Positions 45,201 to 55,715 are shown, counted from the stretch's first letter. The stretch: 64,000 nucleotides of DNA from Laetmonice hystrix (GCA_965235115.1 OZ249446.1:28086001-28150000), one strand, 5' to 3'. Translations and numbers: made by a program. Notes: generated from the sequence alone by a model not told the origin.

Positions 45201-45628
45201 TGATAACTCGGATACAAGGTCCTGTTATCTCAGTGGTTGGACGGCAAAACAAAAGGCGCACTATCAATCGTGATAAGGTCAGATTGGCTGACCCTGACGC
45301 GGACTGGGATGGCCTACGACCTCGTCTGACTCGAACACAGCGAAAGAACGTTGCACTGGGACGAGTCAATATCCCTATCAGTGTTCCGGGTCAAACCGGA
45401 CCACCAGTTGATGATAATCCCCCGCACTATCATAGACGGGCCATTAAAAGGAGGCTGTTCAGCGAAGACGACGCCATTCCTGCGAAGTCTCCCTTCCACA
45501 TGAGGTTACGTCCCCAGAAACGGCCCAGCTCGGAAGAACAGTTAGAAGCAAAAAGAAGATGCATCGCCACGGTTGCAGCATTCTGTGGTGCACCCTCGTC
45601 TACCTCGTCTCCAGGGGGAGACCGGTGA
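42257..45628 (+). CDS. pol: Gypsy-C Pol (PR-RT-RH-IN), reached by a predicted -1 frameshift
   Basis: Slippery heptamer T TTA AAC (42257-42263) directly precedes the gag TAG, and the -1 frame is open into LLDTGAS. Motifs FIDD, YTDACEY, HAEVGH...CAKC, DMCGP / TDRGLEF / IERFHRT. Confidence 0.96.
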   Translation, partial: FKLGRAPDRRICIFIVLAGVRMNILLDTGASKSLIKADKWIAICRNSHRVPLTTPGVKLRGLGGADIPTRGKTEIPIYGRNVEFQVTDTLQHDALFGTDILEALEAEISYKKRKVFFQGKAHRYKTAGDGDSDVAAVYSEMDKWIQAYPTVFATEGTALGCTDAVKMSIDTGENPPVKQRPYRLPLAKRRVVDEEIKKMLEEDIIEPSSSPWASPLLLVPKKDGTMRFCVDYRRLNSVTKKDAHPLPLIQDIFDTLAGSKIFSTLDLKSGYWQIKMAEDSVEKTAFACHRGLFQFKRMPFGLTNAPSVFQRLMNKVLAPYLGQFVLVFIDDVVIFSRTEEEHEEHLKLVLEALKSYRLKVKPSKCTIGAQELRLLGYIITANGISADPDKTNAIRKMAPPQTVKGVRSFLGMTGYYRQCIPNYAKVSHPLVQLTKKNVRFEWAKEHQDAWVHLRQLLTSDHVMAYPQLNRPYKLYTDACEYAIGAILVQEDDMGVERPIQYISKQLSGAQLRWATIEKEAYAVVYALKKLRPYLYSSEFTIFTDHKPLKSLFLSEINNTKIQRWAVLLAEYGAPIQYRKGPNNIRADMLSRIKPQVDQDGEPEQALDLCAIAGEEVLWEFDQLEKEEIRKEQETMPEYTQGTEDDSNYVLHDGLLYTLKPPPGKAEYPRLVLPPSTRFRVIRRAHAEVGHQGMRKTLDRLQEAYWWSGQRNDTYHLLSRCAKCSVNRNTTEKPPPTEMPVAQYPCQIVGMDMCGPFPISPEGNRYMLTLIDHATGWVEVKPLPQKTAANILKYLETEYIPRYGPPEVLITDRGLEFRNELVVGYLKRLGVDVRHTTPYHPQTNGKIERFHRTLKDLLRKLVNARSTEWEQCLGPALWAHRVSTSVVTGYSPYFLAYGRQPPVPYQKLLRRTEGTETDILADRLDELSKAFKEAARRTEESRKYNRERLQKQARADVLSIGDHVVVLAQEGSPLDPKWDHGYVITRIQGPVISVVGRQNKRRTINRDKVRLADPDADWDGLRPRLTRTQRKNVALGRVNIPISVPGQTGPPVDDNPPHYHRRAIKRRLFSEDDAIPAKSPFHMRLRPQKRPSSEEQLEAKRRCIATVAAFCGAPSSTSSPGGDR

Positions 45629-47394
45629 CTGCCGATTTGTTTACGGAAGATGGCGTTCTCGTGGAGGAGGGCGGAGAAACAAGAATAGTGTCAGCCTTAT
45701 GGACAGCTGTTATCGTGGTACATCCTCCATGCCGCCCAAATATCTCGGAATGGTCGACAGACGTAAAACGTGCCATCTCAAAAGCCGGAACCCAAGTGAC
45801 TGATAACGACAAATCTAACTGGTATTTCCGTTTAAATTCATTACATATAAAGCGGGATCTCGATGTCGGAACAAGCGTCCGGCTCGGTGGTGTGACCCCC
45901 CCGACAAGTCGCCCCACTCGAGTCAGACGTGGCTTGATCAACTTTGTCGGGAAGTTGAGTAAGGCATTGTTCGGCACCGCTACCGTTGATGATATTAACA
46001 TTTTAAAAACAGCTCTTGATAAAACTCGCAAGAAAATGACCATCCTTCATCATGAAAGTGCACATATGTTGAGTGTTATCAACCAAACTAGAAGATATAT
46101 TCAAGAAAATAGACAAGATTTACGAGAGTTACAATCCGAAACAAGTAAACTTTATACATTGGCCAGTACAAATGCCCGAAAGGTTCAGGCTTTGCAGCTA
46201 TATATGGGAAAATTAACTTTACAGAGGCAGATTGACCAGACCATTGAACAAATGGAATTTGCAATCAGAGATTTTCATACACAAAAACGTATTTTTGACG
46301 ATCAGGTTTTTCAATTGCAACAAGGTTGGTTAACGGAAAATGTGTTACCTCCACGGTACTTAATGGAGATTATTAATGAACTTAACCAGCAGGGACATCA
46401 AACGCTCAGTTTGAACTGGTATTATCAATTTATCCATACAAATTTACTATGGCACACTAACGGAGAGTTTGCGTTCCGCGTGGTAATCCCAGGAGTGACA
46501 AATGGGAAGTATTTACGGTTTTTCTTAAAATATTTTAAGGTCCCCCATGATGACAATCATGTGCGGAGTTTTACAGGTCAAAATAGTATTGTGGTCAGCA
46601 CGACCTCTTCTACGTCGTTTGCTCCGGACTCATGTGCTGGACATGATCCGTTGGTATGTCAACCAGAGAAGGAATATTTTACTTCTTCATGTGAGGATGC
46701 TCTTGTAAACGGGTTAATATCACCCAATTGTACAATATTAATCTCGAAACGGTCCAATCATACCGTGGATATACTCCGAAATGCTGATAATCCAAACTCG
46801 GTTGTCATTGTGACTTATACACCTACTAAGGCAGTGTTGCGATGTAGCGGCCGGCTGGCACGACATTTGGACATTATGGGTCCCCAACGGACTGAGGTGC
46901 CAGGCGGATGTGTGTTAGAAGGACCGAATTGGAGAACTCGTGGTTTTCAACTTGGACAAAGCACCATGCATGTACGTCCACCAGTGGTTCCTCTATTCCC
47001 TCGTATTAATCTTACCTGGCCAACGTTTGTGACGCCAGAAGTGCGCGATAAACTGTCGTTTCGCAAACGGGTGGAAGTGCCACTCCTATCCATGAAAGAC
47101 TGGACGGCAGAAGAAACGGACTCATCCGAATGGATTCTTCCTAATCCTCATATTTGGCTTCCAACTGGTGGAATTGTAGTTGTAGTGATTATTTTACTTA
47201 TTATTTTTATCATTTATTGGTTTACTTGTAAAACCAAGAAGTCTGTATCAGGAAACGTCGTAAATGTACCGAATATAATTCCGATGTCTGCACCGGATAC
47301 TATTAATGTTGTACAGACGCCTATTAAATTAAATGACATGGATATCAAGTATCCTTATCGTACGGCCTCCATGGCTCTCCAATCATTGTCTTAA
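45559..47394 (+). CDS. env: Envelope glycoprotein (611 aa), errantivirus / baculovirus-F-like class I fusion protein
   Basis: Signal-peptide-like N terminus; furin site RVRR followed by the fusion peptide GLINFVGKLSKALFGTAT; heptad repeats; Cys-containing ectodomain; sequons NIS, NQT, NCT, NHT and NLT; TM IVVVVIILLIIFIIYWF plus a cytoplasmic tail. Confidence 0.93.
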   Translation: MHRHGCSILWCTLVYLVSRGRPVTADLFTEDGVLVEEGGETRIVSALWTAVIVVHPPCRPNISEWSTDVKRAISKAGTQVTDNDKSNWYFRLNSLHIKRDLDVGTSVRLGGVTPPTSRPTRVRRGLINFVGKLSKALFGTATVDDINILKTALDKTRKKMTILHHESAHMLSVINQTRRYIQENRQDLRELQSETSKLYTLASTNARKVQALQLYMGKLTLQRQIDQTIEQMEFAIRDFHTQKRIFDDQVFQLQQGWLTENVLPPRYLMEIINELNQQGHQTLSLNWYYQFIHTNLLWHTNGEFAFRVVIPGVTNGKYLRFFLKYFKVPHDDNHVRSFTGQNSIVVSTTSSTSFAPDSCAGHDPLVCQPEKEYFTSSCEDALVNGLISPNCTILISKRSNHTVDILRNADNPNSVVIVTYTPTKAVLRCSGRLARHLDIMGPQRTEVPGGCVLEGPNWRTRGFQLGQSTMHVRPPVVPLFPRINLTWPTFVTPEVRDKLSFRKRVEVPLLSMKDWTAEETDSSEWILPNPHIWLPTGGIVVVVIILLIIFIIYWFTCKTKKSVSGNVVNVPNIIPMSAPDTINVVQTPIKLNDMDIKYPYRTASMALQSLS

Positions 47395-47433
47395 GTTTGA
47401 TAGTATGTATCAAACTAATGAGTGGGGAAGGTA

Positions 47434-48945
47434 TGTAAAGTCTACCAACTTTTTGAATTTCCCACCCTCTCAGATATTTGAAGTTTTGCCACCTCTCACT
47501 AGAGGGCAGTGGGCGGTCATAGCCGTCCTTGCAGGAAGATGGCGCTACACGTTTATTGAGTATCTTTTAATAATTATAACCTAATTATAATTATGTAGGT
47601 AATACATTTATATAGGTAGTTCTGGCACCGTGTGTTTTAATAGGTATGTTTATGAAAGTAATACATGTATAATTATGTTGGTGTAGGTACAAGTGGTCAG
47701 GGTGAAGCTGAAGTTAGATTTCTCAAATATACGAGTAGTATTTTGTAAAGCTTCACATTTATTGTTATTATATTTTACAAGAACAGTGCTGCATGTACAA
47801 TTATGTTTGTGTAGGTACAAGTGGTCAGGGTGAAGCGTTCCTGGCAGAAAGTGATATATTTTAAACTATAGTAATAATATAGAAAGCCTGACATTGTTGT
47901 AAGGTACAACTAGAGTATGAACCTTGGTACACTATCTATATGTTATCAGGAAGGGTCAGTCACTGGACAGTCCAGCTGGCCAGCTTCACGCGACAATAGG
48001 TTATCTGGAAGGAACGGTCAGAGTCCACCTAAGGGTTTGAGACCATGTTCACATTTTACTCTTTATATTTACCATAGAGAGCGCTGTTGCTATTATAGTT
48101 AACCCTTGGATATTACCAGGTTTAAGCCACTAGATGGCACTGTTGTTCACAATATGAACACACCTTAACTTCCAGTGATCATGAGTGATTTGTATCTCAG
48201 TATCAAGGTCCAGTATTGATAGGCAGGGATACTGGACCCAAGTTGTATAAATAGGGAGAAGAAATAAAGCTTATTAGACTCGACTTCACCACCACCTCGG
48301 TCTCATCGTTCTCCTTTGACGCTACAGCACCGTTAGGCCAAAAAAAAAAAAGTTTCGTTTCTTGTCCTTTCATATAAAAAAAATGGTGCGGTGACGCGGC
48401 TTTTTTTTTTTTTTCATCTTTCTTTTTTTTTTTTGGATGCAACTAGACAACGGCCGATTCTTCGAATGCAATTGCTGTTGGGTACATAAATCTTGAAGAA
48501 AAGACTAATGCAATGATGTTCAATGTTTTAGAATGTGTAAAACTCGCATAAAAAGCAATAAGACTAACAGAAAGGCGCCAACGCCAAAGAACCGTTGCAA
48601 CGTTCTGTCCCAGCGCTACACTGCCCACCATATGAAGCAGTCGGATTTGAAAAAAAAGACTTGACGCGGGGGTTTTTAGGTGACGCGCGCGGGGACAAGA
48701 AACGAATCTATTTTTTTTTTTGGCCTTAGGATGCGGTTGGGCTCTTCACCTTCAGGCTCATGGTGAAGCCAGGTAACTAGCCTACTTAGTATACTACATT
48801 CATTCGGCCCTTTAGGCACTAAGTAGGCACGAGTACGAAATGCTCATCTAAATTCCAAATTTATTAATTGTGTTTGTTAGTTGTCACGAAACACAACTAG
48901 CTGGTGACCACAAGTTAAACAAAGAATCGGGTCACAATCTTTACA
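47434..48945 (+). repeat. Gypsy-C 3' LTR (1512 bp including a 390-bp MITE and its TSD)
   Basis: 1119 + 390 + 3 = 1512; about 3 substitutions relative to the 5' LTR by eye. Confidence 0.96.
48336..48725. mobile_element. PIF/Harbinger-type (Tourist-like) MITE, 390 bp
   Basis: TIRs ggccaaaaaa...gtttcgtttcttgtcc / ggacaagaaacgaatc...ttttttggcc; TTA TSD (48333-48335, 48726-48728). The empty site accgttaggatgcgg is present in the 5' LTR at 40801. Confidence 0.95.
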
Positions 48946-50339
48946 GCGCGTTACGATGATCAGTGTGTAGCCAGTGATTATAGGAAAAATGCACGAAGAG
49001 GTTGTGGCCCACTGCAAATATGAACCAGGAAGACAATGGAATGTTCATGAGGAGGGCAATGACTTAATATTTGGTAAAATGTAACATGGAAGAGGGGGCA
49101 GTCGTTAAATACGGTCCCATAGAAACATCGACGCGGGGGGGGGGGGGCTATGGCTGTCGATGACCCAAAAGAAATATGGAACAGGTACGCGCGGCGGGGA
49201 GGGGGGGGGGGGGCTATCCATGACCCAAAATAAATATAGACCAGGAGGACAATGGCTCAGTTGCATTCACCAGAATTTTCATGAAGAGGGCAATAGATAA
49301 ATATAGTTCAAAATGTAATATCGACTAGGGGGCAGTTGTTAAATATGACCCTATCCAAACATTGATTCGAGATACTATGGCTAAATATTGCTTTCTATGA
49401 ATTCCGCTAAGTGGGACAGTCATTAAATGGGGGTTACAGGAAACATAGACGAGGAGGACAATGGAATGTTCACGACGAGGGCAATCACTAAATATGGTAA
49501 CATGGAGGAGGGGGGGGGGCTGTCGTTGAATATGGGCCCACAGGAACATCTACGCGGGGGGAGGGACTATGGCTATCTTTCACCCAAAATAAATATAGAC
49601 CAGGAGGACAATTGCTAAGTGGCATTCATTCGAATGTTCATGAGGAGGGCAGTTTATAAATATCGTTGTAGAAGTAATATGTACGAGGTGGCAGTCGTTA
49701 AATAAGGCCCGACAGAAAGATGGATCAGCGGGACGATGGCTAAATATTACTCTGTAGGAATGTTACTGAGAGGAGCAGTGACTCAATGGGGGTTATAGGA
49801 AAAATACACGAAGGGGTTGTGGCCCACTGCAAATATGAACCAGGAAGACAATGGAACGTTCATGAGTAGGGCAATGACTTAATAATATGTACTAGGGGGC
49901 AGTCGGTAAATAAGGCCAGACAGAAACATGGACACGATGGCTAAATATTACTCTGTAGGAATGTTGATCTATGACCCAAGATAAATATGGAACAGGTACG
50001 CGCGGCGGGAGTATGCAAAACGGCGTATGAAAATATAAATAAAAGCTGAGAAATGGCGAAAACCCTTTATAACAACGTGAAAACCTAAGTAAAACCTTGA
50101 AAAAGCAAAACATTTTTTTTTTTTTTTTATTGAGCATTTTTATCCAGGATATCCAACTCGGCTACTTCACCGTCACAAATGTCGGATCCTGCTTACAGTT
50201 AAACGGTACAAATGAAGTAAAACGTATCATACAGGTGCACACGTCCCCTAACTCCAGATTACATTAACTTTTTTATTACATTAATCAATATAGATTATCT
50301 AAAAGTAATTGTCACTAATCATTGTTCATGTCCCTAATG

Positions 50340-50880
50340 GGCCACCGTGCTACTGGCTCTTTGAAGTTTTTCAGCCAGCGCAGGCCCGCCTGGTCAGCAC
50401 CAACTTTAAATTTACTACCCCACAAGAAATTTCTGAAGGCTTTAATTAATTTCCCAACTATAGCAGCAATTGTTCAAACTGAAACTTTCTGAAACATTTA
50501 CTATCATAGCAAATTACTTTTTCGCCTGATCCCTTATCCTGACCTGCGCTGATTCCAAAACCACTGGCATCTACGTCCAGGATGAATTTATCAGCCGAAG
50601 TGGGATACGCCGATATCTGACTGCTGGTGAGGTAGTGCTTTAGTTGTTGGAATGCTGCCTCGCACCTGTTATGCCAGTTGAACATACAGCCCTTCTCCGT
50701 GAGGCCATCAGTGGAGGGGGGGGGGGCTGCAAAGCTGACGCAAAGTTGGTCATAAACTTCCTGTTGCAGGACGCCAGACCGAGGAAGCTGCGCTCGTCTG
50801 AGACATGCACAGGGGTGGGCCAGTCTGCCACAACTCCCACGTTTCGTGGGTCAATGACACTTGGCCGCCTGGGCGCTTTC
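50340..50880 (-). pseudogene. pol: Old gypsy pol fragment (RT thumb to RNase H)
   Basis: DWPTPVHVSDERSFLGLAS, then CEAAFQQLK...FILDVDASGFG, in shifted frames. Confidence 0.85.
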
Positions 50881-51230
50881 GTCATCTATCAGGTCCAGCG
50901 GGAGGTTATCCAGGCTGCAGGTGGGACGGAAGTGGGGCGGGGTTGGGGGTGGGGGTGGGAGTCGGGGTGGGGGTGTCCACCGTCTGACCGGACGCATGGA
51001 GCGGACCCTTATATATGTATTGACACTTTTCCTTTTCCAACTCCGAGATTACTTCTGACAATTTACTGCGCACCTTGAGCTAGCCCATTGGTCTCCTAAC
51101 TAGCTGTTGTATTCCCTTCTTCTTGGCATCATTCAATTTTGAGATGATCCCTTGAGAAGTAGCGGGACAGGCAACACATCCCACATGGCCAAGTAGAAGT
51201 CTCGAAGAAGCATCCTTTTAGGTTTCGACC

Positions 51231-51426
51231 ATGTCGTTTCCAGTTGTTTGTGCTAAATGGGATCAGCTCTTATCCACCCTATCACGATGTCATAACTGCT
51301 GTGAAGGAGGATACAACTCGTACCACTGTCCCCTATGTCCACCATCATTATTCAAACCAACGAGGTTCGATAAGGTTGTTCGTCACTTGAAAGTCCACTG
51401 GCGAGCCAGCGTCAATTGCCCTGATG
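51231..51426 (+). CDS. Putative exon encoding a C2H2-like finger; parent gene or transposon unidentified
   Basis: ATG...CHNCCEGGYNSYHCPLCPPSLFKPTRFDKVVRHLKVHW, ending at a G|GTAAGT donor. Downstream exons were not established. Confidence 0.45.
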
Positions 51427-51469
51427 GTAAGTAAATAATTGTATTATAGGTAACAGTGCCAAATATTGG

Positions 51470-51625
51470 GCATGGATGTCGACACCTTATGCTATGCGAA
51501 TGGGTGCAGTAATCTTAGGGCCTGGGTTCGATTCCTGTAGAGGACTATACAACTTTTCTCTTTAGGGACATTGTCAAAGTAATTGGGTTACCCCTGATGC
51601 CCGTGCATTTCAAAAAAAGAAAAAT
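51470..51625 (+). mobile_element. Possible degenerate tRNA-derived SINE
   Basis: B box gggttcgattcc at about 51524, then a short body and an A-rich tail. The A box is not clear. Confidence 0.3.
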
Positions 51626-53620
51626 ACAGCTCGTATATATGGGAATATCCACTGAGATGCACGGCTTCAGAATCTGTGCAACAAATCTGGATATTTGTGT
51701 ATCGTGACTGTTGTAAAGTTTCAGGCAATTACTATATCCATTAGTCTTTATGCTACGCGCCCTTGATAACGAGACTTATTAGGGATTGGAGGACAACCAT
51801 GGACAATACACAGGCAGCGGAGGATCCAGCTTTTTCAAGTAGGGGGGTGTCCAACGTTTTAGGGGCGTCACAGGCGTGAATGTACCAGCGCCCAAGGCGC
51901 GAAGTCTGCAAGCACCGAAGGCGCGGAGCCTTACTCGGGGGTCGGGGGCATGCTCCCCCCCTGAAAGTTTGCAAGTTGATAGTGTTATTTGGTTAGATCC
52001 TATGCATTTTGGAGAAAAAATAAGCTATTAAATGACCAATGTCAAAAGTCCTAAGTCGGCATCAGTGGCAGATCCAGGATTTGGTTAAGGGGGGACAGAC
52101 ATATTCATTTCCTACATTGAAAAGGTATAGCTCACATGACCTGCCCCCCACACCAGGATTCAAACAAAATTATTTTAAAAAGCCTTCTGTACGTAATATT
52201 AGTAGGCTAACATGGGGCCCCCAAGAAAGGGCCGCCTGTTTCCGCCACTGGGCCTACAATGCTGTCGCTTTTAGATCCGTTTAGAATTTGCTGTGGGTGT
52301 GGGGTCCTAATTCTTGATCGGCACGAGGGGCGCCATGAAATTTTAGGGGGGGGGGCCCGACCCCATGTCACCCCCCCAGATCCGCCTGTGACACGGACAA
52401 TTACATAAGGGACAACCCACATTACTTTTAATTGTCTGTCGATGACTATGAGGTAACATTTAATTAGGCCGACATCATTGACTGCAGCCTGTCGCACTAA
52501 CGTGAACGTCCCGCATACGTGCAGTCAAAAGGTCACGTACACGTTTAGTGCACGCGCGGCAACTGAAACACACGTGTAGAGGTGTCCCGTGCAGGTACAT
52601 TTTGAATGGGTGCCGACTTTCTCCATGTTTAAAGTTTTGTCATGTCGCTCAAGTCAGTACTTGTTTGATACCATGGTGACCATGGGTTATTCCCCCATCT
52701 TAACTTCGAGACAAAATTTTGTGTAGGGGTTCGGGTAAAGGTGAGCGATGGGGATGGGATAATATAGGGATATGTTTTGGGAGGGGTAGGGACGTGGGTT
52801 GGGGGTTAGGGATAATGCGTGAGCTCCACTTGGCCGCATCTCGGCCGCATCTCATGTGCTGCATCTCACTTGCGGCCCAGCCTCAAGGACCTCAAGCACT
52901 GCAACACTTAGCTCCATCAGTGCAGCTATTGTGAGGCAGGGTTCTTGCAGTTCACACAATCCCCTTCATCTAGTTCCTTCTATCATAATTGTATATTTGT
53001 GCTATCTTTTGAATTGATATTGCCAAATTTAAAAATCATACCTGCAAGACAGGGTGATAGGGGATAACATAGATATACATGTACTGGGTACAGATTCTGC
53101 ATGTAATGAGAGAGAGGATGAATACAAATTCAGAGTATATGTTCTGATTTATAGGTGCTTTTTGACCCTTGGCAATATTGAGGGGCCTCGTGTGTGTCTA
53201 TTTAAGGTTGTCTTCAGAACCTATAGGCAATTTTGCTAAATTTAAGTCAATGTTTTAGGGGTACTTTTTCAGCATAGGTTAGCATTTATAGGGGGTACCT
53301 GTTTTCATAATCTTAGGTCTGTGGTTACCGTATACATACCAAATTACGTCTGATGTCCACACATTATGTGACTTCAACTTCGTCTCTGATTGGATGATGC
53401 ATTTTCCCGTCATTGCGCCGCCGCAATGTTCTTGCATGAATGCTGCTCCACAATACCTGCAACAGTTGCAAGAGGCGCAAGCTGCATGATTCCTTGCGGC
53501 AATATCTATTTTGTTATATTCTAGCGGCCGGCCGCTGGCCGCTATAGAAACCCCCTTGTGCCTCTAGCGATTCGGAGGTTTTATAGCTCCACTACGGCAA
53601 AGTTCTTGCGACCTATCGAC

Positions 53621-54003
53621 CTAAACAGTAAATAGAAATTTAGTTAAAAACAGTTTAAATCAAACAAACTTGTGTTTCAAGCACCCTGGTCTACCTTGAG
53701 AAACACCATTTCTTTCTTTCATTCTTTTGTTAAAAAAAGGGACCGGCTATAATGTCATCTAAGTTTCAGGGCCCCATAATCACACATGGCGTCATATAGA
53801 AAGGACATGATTACAAAAAGAATGAAAAATAAAGAAATACATATGTATTTAAACAGTAAATAGAAATTTAGTTAAAAACAGTTTAAATCAAACAAACTTG
53901 TGTTTCAAGCACCCTGGTCTACCTTGAGAAACACCATTTCTTTCTTTGATTCTTTTGTAAAAAAAAGGGACCGACTATAATGTCATCTAAGTTTCAGGGC
54001 CCC
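53621..54003. repeat. Direct duplication of about 153 bp (period about 229)
   Basis: taaacagtaaatagaaatttag...aagtttcagggcccc occurs at about 53621 and 53850. Confidence 0.9.
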
Positions 54004-54189
54004 GTTTCTAGGTGAAAATAACAAAGAGAAATCGCAGCAAACCAATCACTACTTGTTCCCTGCCATTGGCTAAAACACAACTATGATATATTTGTTTACG
54101 GGTTTTCTTCCTCTACATCATAAACAATCCTGTCAATCTGTATTTTCAGTCTTTCTGTGGCTCGTGCTGGCAAATTTCGTAGTTTGTTT

Positions 54190-55054
54190 TGTGATGTGTG
54201 TGAGGTAGAATTCCTCAGTGCAGATTAGTTCTAGTCCGCCAGGTGGCGCTGTGGTCTGGTCTGTTAGTTACATGTCCCGCCAGAGGGAGCTTGAGTAGAA
54301 GGTTCCGGGACCAGAAACTTCCCGTAATAGTTGGAAATTCGAAGCTTCTCAAACAACTAGAATTATCCAGTGACAGTCGAACATTCTACAACGAGAAGGT
54401 TCTTAAACTGAAGGTATATAAGCTGGTAGAACTGATGATGCGGGGAGACTTGCGTTGAGATCTAACAGAGAGTGTAGTTTAACGTTAGTGACTACGTTGG
54501 AACAAGACCTGATTGACGATTGTGAGATTGTGTATTATCGCTCAGTGTGGGATTACGAAAGCTGTCGTATTTGGGGCCTGGAGCAGTTTGTGGACAGTAG
54601 ACTATAGCCTAGAGCTACGAGTCTTCAATTTGTGTGCTACTGAAGTTGGCGACTTCAATAGGAAGGTTCATTCACGGATTCTTGGAGTACGTATCTGAAC
54701 TTGTGCTGTGGACATTGTGCTTGTGACAACCACGGAGGAAAACCACTGAGACTATAGTATAGTATATGTGAACTTTGGATTTACGTGTGGACATTGGGCT
54801 TGTGAAATCCACGGAGGAAATCAACTAGAACTTTATTCGAACTCTGATTTGGATGGACTGAGAACGTTCTGGAATTGCAGACGGGACAATAGACCACAAT
54901 AGATGGTAGGAACATTCCAGAAGGTAAAACACTGAGTTTTATGATTGTGAATCAGACCGTATTTTGTCATCATTGTATAACTGTGAGGATTCATTAAATT
55001 GTTTTAAAATTAAATTCTGGGTGTTTGTTATCTACTGCCGTTGGCCACGTAACA
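54190..55054 (+). mobile_element. Solo LTR (865 bp)
   Basis: TGTGATG...CGTAACA termini; 4-bp TSD GTTT (54186-54189, 55055-55058); non-coding; short internal repeats. Orientation is tentative. Confidence 0.65.
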
Positions 55055-55401
55055 GTTTTCAGCACAATAACTCACACTCCCAATTTGTAGAATCTTTATT
55101 CCACTAAACATTGCAGTTTCTCGCTGTTGAATATTAATCCATGTTACACATTGTCTTGTCCCCCCCGAAACTTCGGGAAAGGGTAAACCGATGCGGGAAA
55201 TCTGCTCAAGTGATTTAATGTCAATGTCCTTCTCGCCCTCCCGTGGCTATGGAAAAGGGCCAGGATATAACTTTCTTGTCCATAACGTAAGTCTTCTTAG
55301 TTCTAGTTCCCCGTGGCTACGGGCAGAACCGAGAACCATCATTATTTGTTGGGCCCTACGGCCAAACAGGTGACCAAAGGAACCTGGGCCCAACCCAACC
55401 C

Positions 55402-55715
55402 CTAAAACAGAAGGCGAATGTATTTACGAAAAGCGTCTGACCGCCATCTACCCAACAGACTGATCTGAGCATCTGAGTACCCCGCCCTGGCCGGTTCAGA
55501 GGCGGGTCCTATCCTGAAACTATGGCCCTTGAAATGAGTGGTGTCCATCCCACATGCCATAAAAGGCTTAAATAAGGCAACAACCCGGAAGTATGTATAC
55601 CGAACCCCTGACACTCAAAAAACTCAGTCAACAATCTAACAGGACACATCACGTGATATGAACCCAAGGCCAACTGAATCCGCCGGGGAACTGACGGGGT
55701 ATCCATGGACACCAA
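55402..55715 (-). pseudogene. Tyrosine recombinase C-terminal part
   Basis: CPVRLL...FKGHSFRIGPAS...GYSDAQISLLGRWRSDAFRKYIR contains the H-x-x-R and catalytic Tyr motifs of DIRS-group YRs. Confidence 0.9.

Larger units (their letters stand above)
39906..48945 (+). mobile_element. Gypsy-C: env-bearing Ty3/gypsy element (errantivirus-like endogenous retrovirus)
   Basis: LTRs at 39906-41024 and 47434-48945; TSD GCGC (39902-39905, 48946-48949); PBS, PPT gagtggggaagg; intact gag, pol and env. Confidence 0.97.
37207..48976. mobile_element. Non-autonomous CMC/EnSpm-like element (about 2.7 kb of its own sequence) whose right TIR is split by Gypsy-C
   Basis: The left end cactggctacacactgatcatcgtaacgcgcgttacgctgatccaagatggagg (37207 onward) is the exact reverse complement of about 39878-39905 joined to 48946-48976 (TSD counted once). 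Three gatacccgtaacgcg subterminal repeats lie at about 37431-37502, with inverted relatives at about 39636-39707. AT (ATTAT) flanks both ends. Confidence 0.85.
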
